Below, one piece after another: positions 38,588 through 45,198 of a DNA stretch of 45,198 nt. Positions within the stretch are counted from its first letter, which is position 1; each line of letters opens with the position of its first letter. The position numbers and the translations under genes were made by a program. The stretch covers positions 1 through 45,198 of the forward strand of contig CAWJAY010000014.1 of assembly GCA_963840925.1 (NCBI GenBank). Reading direction: 5' to 3'. The notes under the pieces are model-generated. The model was given only the letters and a program-made list of their open reading frames with translations, was not told the DNA's origin and did not search any database. This DNA is from an uncultured Alphaproteobacteria bacterium (GTDB lineage Bacteria; Pseudomonadota; Alphaproteobacteria; Geminicoccales; Geminicoccaceae).

Positions 38588-38995
38588 TCACGCCGGCGCC
38601 TGATGGACCTCGATCACGTTGCCCTCGGGATCATAGAAGAAAATCTGCTGCCAGCCGTTCATCGCGAAGCCGCCGTAGTCGGCATAGGACACGCCCCTGG
38701 CCTCGAGGCGGCGCTTGAAGCCATCGATATCGTCGGTCCGAAAGGCGATGTGGCCCCGCTCCAGCGGGTTGACCGACTGGCGCATCCGAAAGGCGACGTC
38801 GAGGTCCTTCTCGGCCAGATGCAGCTGGGTCGTGCCGTCGGAGACGAACGCGACGTCGCCGGAATAGCCCTGCCCGGTGATCCGGCTCGCATTCATGCTG
38901 GGCTCGGGCTCCAGCTCGAGCACGCCCCGATAAAACTCGTCCATCGCCGGCACATTCGTGGTCGGCAGATTGATGTGGTGCAGCTTGAGCTTCAT
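38588..38995 (-). CDS. VOC-family (glyoxalase/bleomycin resistance/dioxygenase fold) protein
   Basis: MKLKLHHINLPTTNVPAMDEFYRGVLELEP...HIAFRTDDIDGFKRRLEARGV...IEVHQ. The start was taken at the internal Met of the track ORF. Confidence 0.7.
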   Translation of the reverse strand: MKLKLHHINLPTTNVPAMDEFYRGVLELEPEPSMNASRITGQGYSGDVAFVSDGTTQLHLAEKDLDVAFRMRQSVNPLERGHIAFRTDDIDGFKRRLEARGVSYADYGGFAMNGWQQIFFYDPEGNVIEVHQAPA

Positions 38996-39069
38996 GGGCT
39001 CTCCCTCCGCTTGCATCGGCCCAGCCGGGCGCCTAGGCAAATCCATACACCAAGACGAGGAGGCAGGCG

Positions 39070-39850
39070 TTGGCCTTCGAGACCATCCTCTATCACGAAG
39101 ACGGGCCGGTCGGTTGGCTGACGCTCAACCGGCCCGACGACGGCAACATGTTCACCGCGACGATGTGCCACGAGATCCGCGACTGCATCAACGCGGTCCG
39201 GCGCGAGACGCGCACGCGCGTGCTGGTGATCACCGGCGCGGGCGAGAAGTTCTTTTGCCTCGGCGGCCGCAAGCAGGGCATGGACGACACGCGGCTCTAT
39301 GCCGGCGTGCTGCCGACGCTCGAGATCTACGAGAGCATCGATCGGCTGCAAAAGCCGGTGATCGCCGCCGTCAACGGCTTCGCGGTCGGCGGCGGCAACG
39401 TGCTTCAGGTCGTCTGCGATCTCACGATCGCCAAGCAAAGCGCGGTCTTCCGCCAGGTCGGACCGATGATGGGCAGCTTCGATGCCGGCTACGGCACCTG
39501 GTACCTCGAGGACCTGGTCGGCAAGAAGAAGGCCAAGGAGCTCTGGTACCTGAACCCCAAGATCACGGCCGAGGAAGCGCTCGCGATCGGCCTGATCAAC
39601 CGGGTCGTGCCGGACGACCGGCTGGGCGCCGAGACCCAGGCCTGGGCGCTCGAGGTCGCCGAGCGGGGCGCGTTCGCGCTCGCCTCGGTCAAGGCCGCCT
39701 TCGGCGCCCGCCACGGCGGCGTCGCCGGGCTCGCCCGGGTGGCGCACGACCTTCTGCTGCGCCAGTATCTGGACAGCGACGAATTCGAAGGAGCTGGGCG
39801 CTGCATTCGCCGGCCGCCGCACCCCCGATCCGGACAAGTTCGGCCACTGA
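39070..39850 (+). CDS. crotonase-superfamily, MenB/BadI-like protein (putative 2-ketocyclohexanecarboxyl-CoA hydrolase-type ring-cleaving hydrolase). C-terminal frameshift as sequenced.
   Basis: LTLNRPDDGNMF...VITGAGEKFFCLGG...GFAVGGGNVLQVVCDLTIA...FRQVGPMMGSFDAGYGTWYLEDLVGKKKAKELWY closely parallels BadI/MenB. The true C-terminus (...DSDESKELGAAFAGRRTPDPDKFGH*) is in the +1 frame from ~39785 and ends at 39850. The shift sits at a GAATTC. Confidence 0.75.
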
Positions 39851-39854
39851 TGCG

Positions 39855-41501
39855 ATGGGCCACCTTCTGACCCTGCACGACCCGCGGACCGCCCGGCGCT
39901 ACTACGAGGCGGGCGTCTGGCAGGGCGACACCTTCTACACCCTGCTCGCGCGCCATGCCGCGCTGCGGCCGGAGTTTGCCGCCGCCCGCGACGGCGCCAG
40001 GCGGCTGACCTATGCGGCGCTGCTCGGCTGGGTCGACGCGCTGGCCGATGCCTTCGCCGCGGCGGGGCTCCGGCCCGGCGAGCGGGTCAGCCTGTGGCTG
40101 TCCAACCGGCTGGAAGCGCTCGCCGCGTTCCTTGCCTGCGCCCGCAACGGCTACGTCTGCAACCCCTCGCTGCACCGCAACTATCGGGTCGAGGAAGTAT
40201 CCGGGCTGCTCAGCTACATCGACGCCCGGGCACTGCTGCTCGAAGACGGCTGGGGTGTCGCTGCCGATCGCCGGGACGACCTTCTCGCGGCGGTGCCAGG
40301 GCTGCGCCAGATCTGGCGGCTGCCGCGGTCGCGCACGCCCGGCTCCGACCTGCCCGGGCCGGGGGCAAAGGCGCGCGGCCTCGCCGAGATCGACGACAAT
40401 CCCGACAAGGTCGCCTACCTCGCCTTCACCTCCGGCACCACCGGCGTGCCCAAGGCGGTCATGCACTCCGACAACACGCTGCTCGCCAACTGCCGCGATC
40501 TCGTGCGCGACTGGCGCCACGACCACACCAGCGTGCTGCTGACCCTCTCGCCGCTCTCGCACCACATCGCGTGGGTTGCGGCCGGTCAGGCGCTGACCGC
40601 CGGCATGGAGCTCGTGGTCGACGATCCGCCCGCGGGCCGGAGCCGGCTCGACTGGCTGCTCGACACCGGCGCCACCTACGTCATGGGCGTGCCGACCCAC
40701 GCGATGGACATCCTGGTCGAGCAGCAGCGGCGCGGCATCCAGCGCCTGGGCCGGGTCCGGCTGTTCTACATGGCGGGCGCGCCGATCCCGCGCGCGGTCG
40801 CCGAGCGCTTTCTGGCGCAGGGCGTCCAGCCGCAGAACATCTACGGCATGACCGAGAACTCCTCGCACCACTATACCCACCCCGACGACGATGCCGACAC
40901 GATCTGCGCGACCTGCGGCCGGGGCGGGCTGGCCTACCAGATCAAGATCTTCGATCAGGCCGATCCGGACCGGGCGCTGGCGGCGGGCGAGACGGGGCAG
41001 ATCGGCGGCCAGGGCGGCGCCTTGATGCTCGGCTACTTCGGCAATCAGGCGGCGAGCGAGCAGTCGTTCAACAAGGACGGCTGGTTCCTCTCGGGCGATC
41101 TCGGGCGGCTCGATGCGCGCGGCAACCTCACGGTCGTCGGCCGGCTCAAGGACGTCGTGATCCGGGGCGGCCACAACATCCATCCGGCCAAGGTCGAGGA
41201 ATTGGCGCTCCGCCATCCGCTGGTCGCCAGGGCGGCGGCCTTCGGGGTGCCGGACGAGCGCCTCGGCGAGCGGCTCTGCCTCGCGCTCGCCTGCGCCGGC
41301 GACGAGCGGCCGCGGGCGCAGGACCTGCTCCAGCACCTCTGGGAGCAAGGCCTCGCGATCTCCGACATGCCGGAATACTTCGTCCTGCTGAACGAGTTTC
41401 CGCTGACCGCGAGCGGCAAGGTCCTCAAGCGCGAGCTCGTGGCCTGGGCGCGCGAGGGGCGGATCGCGCCCGAGCCCTGCCGGTTCGAGGCACGAGACTG
41501 A
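39855..41501 (+). CDS. AMP-dependent acyl-CoA synthetase/ligase (AliA-like, alicyclic/aromatic acid CoA ligase family)
   Basis: AMP-binding motif YLAFTSGTTGVPKAV, and YGMTE, GWFLSGDLG and PLTASGKVLKREL motifs. 548 aa, starting 5 nt after the crotonase stop. Confidence 0.8.
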   Translation: MGHLLTLHDPRTARRYYEAGVWQGDTFYTLLARHAALRPEFAAARDGARRLTYAALLGWVDALADAFAAAGLRPGERVSLWLSNRLEALAAFLACARNGYVCNPSLHRNYRVEEVSGLLSYIDARALLLEDGWGVAADRRDDLLAAVPGLRQIWRLPRSRTPGSDLPGPGAKARGLAEIDDNPDKVAYLAFTSGTTGVPKAVMHSDNTLLANCRDLVRDWRHDHTSVLLTLSPLSHHIAWVAAGQALTAGMELVVDDPPAGRSRLDWLLDTGATYVMGVPTHAMDILVEQQRRGIQRLGRVRLFYMAGAPIPRAVAERFLAQGVQPQNIYGMTENSSHHYTHPDDDADTICATCGRGGLAYQIKIFDQADPDRALAAGETGQIGGQGGALMLGYFGNQAASEQSFNKDGWFLSGDLGRLDARGNLTVVGRLKDVVIRGGHNIHPAKVEELALRHPLVARAAAFGVPDERLGERLCLALACAGDERPRAQDLLQHLWEQGLAISDMPEYFVLLNEFPLTASGKVLKRELVAWAREGRIAPEPCRFEARD

Positions 41502-41503
41502 CG

Positions 41504-42674
41504 ATGACGCGCCTGCTCGAACGGCTCGACCTGCCGCCGGGCCTGGCGCCGGAGGAGGCGATGCTGGTCGGGACCGTGCGCGCGCTCGCCGCCGACGTGA
41601 TCGCGCCGCGCGCCGCGCACCACGACCGCACCGCCGAGTTCCCGTGGGGCAACGTCGAGGCGATCAACGCGCTCGGCCTGAACGCGATGTTCGTGCCGGA
41701 GGCCTACGGCGGCCAGCCGGTCTCGTACTGCGCCTACCTCGCCTGCGTGCGCGAGCTCAGCAAGGCCTGCGCCGCGACCGGCAGCATCTGGTCGACCACG
41801 TTCCACGCGATGAAGCCCTTGATCGACTTCGGCAGCGAGGACCAGAAGCGCCGTCTGCTGCCGAAGATCGCGGCCGGCGGGCTCGCCAGCCTGTGCATCA
41901 CCGAGCCCCAGGCGGGCTCGGACGCGGCCGGCATGCGCACCCGTTTTGCCCCGGAAGGAGACGAGATCCGAAATCGATGGCGGCAAGACCTTCATCACCA
42001 ACGGCGACGTCGCCGATCGCTACCTGCTGTTCGGCAAATGGAGCGAGATCGAGGACCCGCGGCAGGCGATCTCGGTGCTGGTGGTCGAGGAGGGGACGCC
42101 CGGTGTCTCGGTCGTGCGCACCGAGGACAAGATGGGCATCCGCGCGTCCTCGACCGCGACGCTTGCCTTCGAGGACTGCCGCGTGCCGCGCGCCAACCTT
42201 CTGGGCGAGCCGGGCGACGGGCTTGGCATGCTGCTCGCAGCGCTCAACCAGTCGCGGCCCTCGATCGCCGCGCACGCGCTCGGCATCGCCCGCGCCGCGT
42301 TCGAGGACGGGGTCGCCTACATCAACGAGCGCCGGCAGTCGGGCCGCCGAATCGTCGAGTTCCAAGGCATCCAGTTCCTGCTCGCCGATCTCGCGAGCGA
42401 GCTGGCGCTGTGCGAGCGCTTGCTCTGGCACGTGGCCGCCCTGATCGACGCCGGCGAGAGCGGGATCGGCATCGAGGCCTCGATGCTGAAACTGCGCGCC
42501 TCCGACCTTGCGATGCGCATGACCACCGAGGCCGTGCAGCTGCACGGCGGCTATGGCTATTGCAAGGAATACCGGGTCGAGCGGCTGATGCGCGACGCCA
42601 AGATCACCCAGATCTGGGAGGGCACCAACCAGATCCACCGCCAGCTGATCGGCCGGAGCTTCATCCAGAAATGA
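41504..42674 (+). CDS. acyl-CoA dehydrogenase (AliB-like). Frameshift near 41965 as sequenced.
   Basis: N-terminal part in track ORF 40094-43375 (...CITEPQAGSDAAGMRTRFAPEGDE), C-terminal part in track ORF 41946-42674 (IDGGKTFITNGDVAD...QLHGGYGYCKEYRVERLMRDAKITQIWEGTNQI). Removing one base in the cgaaat/atcc stretch restores ...GDEIRIDGGKTFITNG. Confidence 0.75.
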
Positions 42675-44250
42675 CGCTTAATCAAAACGGTCGGCGTCTG
42701 CGGCGCCGGCGGCACGATGGGGGCGGGCATCGCGATCGTCGCGGCGCGCGCGGGCTTCACGACGGTCTGCTACGACGTCGACTGCAGGCGCTCGATCGCG
42801 CGAGCCGGCAGACGGAAGGCTTCCTCGAAAAGTCGGTCGAGCGCGGCAAGATCAGGCGGCGAGCAGCTCGACCAGATCGCCGGCGGCTTCGTGCACACGA
42901 CAGAGCTCGACGATCTTGGCGAGTGCGACCTGGTGATCGAGGCGGTGTTCGAGGACCTCGCGATCAAGCGGGCGCTGTTCCGGCTCTGCACCAGTCTGCC
43001 CGAAGCAACGATCTTCGCCTCCAACACCTCGACGCTCTCGATCACCGAGATTGCAGGCGGCTGCGGCCGCGAGGACCGGGTGGTCGGCATGCATTTCTGC
43101 CTGCCGGCGCAGCTGATGAAGCTGATCGAGCTGTCGCCCGGCATGAACACCTGGGAAGCGACGCTCGAGGCGGCCTGGCGCTGGTGCGAAACGGCCGGGC
43201 AGATGCCGGTCAGGACGCAAGACCAGCCGGGCTTCATCCTCAACGCGCTGCTGGTGCCGTTCAACAACGACGCATCCGCGCGGTCGAGGCGGGCGTCGCC
43301 ACGCCTGCCGATATCGACAAGGCGATCAAGGTCGGGCTCGGCTACAAGATGGGGCCTTGGAGCTGGTCGATCTGATCGGGCTCGATACCCAGGTGCGGCT
43401 GTGCGAGGCGTTCTTCCCGTGACCCTCGATCCGCGCGCCGCCGCACCGCCGCTGCTCCGGCGCATGGTCGCGGCGGGCTGACTGGGCCGCAAGTCCGGGC
43501 GGGCTTCTTCCCCTATCACGGCAACGCGATGTTCGGAGGCTGGGCATGCGTTACGTGATCGGGCAGCAGGCCGAGAGCCGGTCGTTTCCGGCGGGCGATG
43601 CTTTCCTCAGGGCGCCAGCACCGAGAGCCTCAGCGGCGCCAGCGCGGAGGGTCTCAGCGGCGCCAGCGCCGAGGGTCTCAGCGGCGTCGGCGGAGGGCGA
43701 GGTCGTGCTGTATCTGGGCGCGCCCAATGCGCCGGACGCCAAAGCGGCGGTGCTGGTCGAGCTGGGCACCGAGTGCCTGGGCGTGCACGCCGGCGAGGGC
43801 TATGGCGAGGAGGGCTCCAACGTGCTGGGCTTCGCGCGCTATCGCAACGGCGACGAGCCGCCCTCGCGGCTGATCGAGCTGGTCGTCCAGCCACGCAGCA
43901 AACCGGAGGCGATCGCGGCGGCACGGGCCGTGTTCGCGGGGGCCGGCTTCGAGGTGGTGGTTGCGGCGGACCAGGCCGGGCGGATCGTCGATCGCGTGGT
44001 GCGGCCGGAATATAACGCAGCGCTGCGCCTGTCGACGAGGGATGGCCAGGGCCAAGGAGATGGACGTCACGTGCCGGCTCGGGCTCGGCTATCGCGACGG
44101 GCCGATCGAGCGGGTCGTGCGCGGCGGGCTCGCCAACCATCACGACGTCGGCAGGCGCTGTTCGAGGTGTACGGGACGCCGGGCTACGCGCCCGCGCGCC
44201 GGGCCGTGGTGGCCAAGCAACGAGCGGATCGGGCGGGTGCGCCGCCGCTC
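42671..44250 (+). CDS. long 3-hydroxyacyl-CoA dehydrogenase with a duplicated C-terminal domain. At least five frameshifts as sequenced. The 3' boundary is approximate.
   Basis: MT(L)[33 protein letters not shown], ...[21 protein letters not shown]..., ...[19 protein letters not shown]...[15 protein letters not shown]...[13 protein letters not shown], ...[17 protein letters not shown] and ...[18 protein letters not shown]...[18 protein letters not shown] are spread over three frames between 42671 and ~44200. Confidence 0.5.
43609..43705 (+). repeat. imperfect 24-bp tandem repeat (~4 copies) inside the dehydrogenase linker region
   Basis: agcggcgccagcgcggagggtctc / agcggcgccagcgccgagggtctc / agcggcgtcggcggagggcgaggtc, preceded by agggcgccagcaccgagagcctc. 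It encodes an 8-aa Ala/Ser/Pro-rich low-complexity repeat in whichever frame is read. Confidence 0.5.
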
Positions 44251-45198
44251 GCGGGCCTGACCGTCCTCGACTTCTCGACGCTACTGCCCGGGCCGATGGC
44301 CTGGCTGATGTTGGCCGAAGCCGGCGCCACCGTGATCAAGATCGAGCGACCGGGCCAGGGCGACGAGATGCGCGCTATGAGCGAGCTGGGGGCAAGAGAG
44401 CGTCAGCTTCGCGCTGCTCAACCGCGGCAAGAGCGCGATCGCCGCCGACCTGAAGGATCCGGTCAGGCGCGCGCGGCTGCTGCCGCTGATCCGCAGCGCC
44501 GACGTGCTGCTCGAGCAATTCCGCCCCGGCGTCATGGACCGGCTGGGCCTCGGCTACGAGGCCATTGGAGGTCGGAGAACCGGCGGCTCGATCAGGTGCG
44601 CGATCACCGGCTACGGCCAGAGCGGGCCAGGCCGAGATCGCGGCGCACGATCTCAACTACATCGGCGAGACGGGGCTGCTCGCGCTCTCCGGCCGGCGCC
44701 GCGGCGCGCGGGTCATGCCGCCGGCGCTGATCGCCGACATCGCCGGCGGGACCTATCCGGCGGTGATCAATATCCTGCTGGCGCTGCGGCGGCGCGGCGC
44801 AGCACCGGCGCGGGCTGCCGGCTCGACGTCGCCATGGCCGATCAGCTGTTCACGCTGCCTACTGGGCGATCGGCAACGGCTGGCCGGCCGGACGATGGCC
44901 GCGCCCGAGCGGCGAGCTGGTGACCGGCGGCTCGCCGCGCTATCGGCTCTACGAGACCAAGGACGGGCGCATCCTGGCCGCCGCACCAATCGAGCAGCGC
45001 TTCTGGGAGCTCTTCGTCAAGGCGATCGGGCTGGAGGACCAAGTTCGCGACGATGCGCGCGACCCAGCGGCCACGACGCGCGGGTCGCCGGGATCGTCCG
45101 CGCCGCGCCGGCCGCCGCCTGGCAGGCGCGGTTCGCCGGCGAGGACGTCTGCTGCGCGATCGTGCGCACGCTCGAGGAGGCGCTGGCCGACCCGCACT
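44206..45198 (+). CDS. CaiB/BaiF family III CoA-transferase, frameshifted as sequenced, 3' end beyond the window
   Basis: [43 protein letters not shown] is the family-III N-terminal signature. Further conserved segments ([48 protein letters not shown]) sit in shifted frames. A GTG at ~44206 is a possible start. Confidence 0.5.

Noticed and set aside
40094-43375. 1093-aa plus-strand ORF spanning the ligase, dehydrogenase and HBD region
   Set aside because: It runs out of frame through three well-defined genes. Only the segment 41504-41965 in this frame is real coding (the acyl-CoA dehydrogenase N-terminal part).
43609-43705. Tandem repeats as a possible CRISPR-like array
   Set aside because: Units are contiguous with no spacers, only ~4 copies, imperfect, and lie within a coding region.

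Overview
The window is 45.2 kb of very GC-rich (~70%) chromosomal DNA, probably alphaproteobacterial (inference from GC content and gene content). High GC produces many long spurious antisense ORFs, so calls rest on recognisable protein motifs in the ORF track. Coordinates taken from the ORF track are reliable. Coordinates I read from the raw sequence (tRNA, IS ends, internal starts) may be off by 1-3 nt. No rRNA or CRISPR array was found.

Layout from left to right:
- 1-3790: a decayed accessory patch on the 3' side of a tRNA-Ser(TGA) gene. It holds an ABC-2 permease C-terminal remnant, an intact-looking IS5-family element (21-bp imperfect terminal inverted repeats, frameshifted DDE transposase) inserted about 10 bp upstream of an XRE/Cro-type regulator, a small membrane ORF with two in-frame TAG codons, and an HTH transposase-like remnant abutting the tRNA.
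- 4065-9324: a small catabolic set with a conserved hypothetical protein (possibly DUF5996 family), a PfkB sugar kinase, a fused [2Fe-2S]-ferredoxin/FNR reductase, a PQQ-dependent sugar dehydrogenase and an SDR.
- 9547-14037: a three-subunit Mo-bisPGD oxidoreductase (catalytic, four-cluster ferredoxin, NrfD/DmsC-type anchor) with no Tat signal, most like a cytoplasm-facing SoeABC sulfite dehydrogenase.
- 14069-21837: a coiled-coil M23 peptidase, a small sulfotransferase-family gene, an Fpg/Nei glycosylase, and lhr (large helicase) split by two frameshifts.
- 21919-28187: an unusual SPFH cluster of two HflC-like and two HflK-like genes, a signal-peptide-bearing FmdA/AmdA-family amidase, and a His-rich ArsP/DUF318-type metal permease that is in frame with one HflK paralog as sequenced.
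- 28209-37297: a Liv-type ABC transporter split in two (SBP + LivG-like on the minus strand; LivF/H/M-like on the plus strand). The halves are separated by ~4 kb carrying a frameshifted minimal-passenger autotransporter and a multiply frameshifted TIR-TM-TPR gene.
- 37313-45198: an MBL-fold hydrolase, a VOC protein, and a bad/ali-like CoA-dependent alicyclic acid pathway (BadI-like MenB-family crotonase, AMP ligase, acyl-CoA dehydrogenase, long 3-hydroxyacyl-CoA dehydrogenase, CaiB/BaiF CoA-transferase).

About 20 frameshifts hit otherwise well-conserved genes, concentrated at 30.5-34.4 kb and 41.9-45.2 kb. This looks more like indel sequencing errors than real pseudogenisation, but it cannot be settled from the sequence alone.
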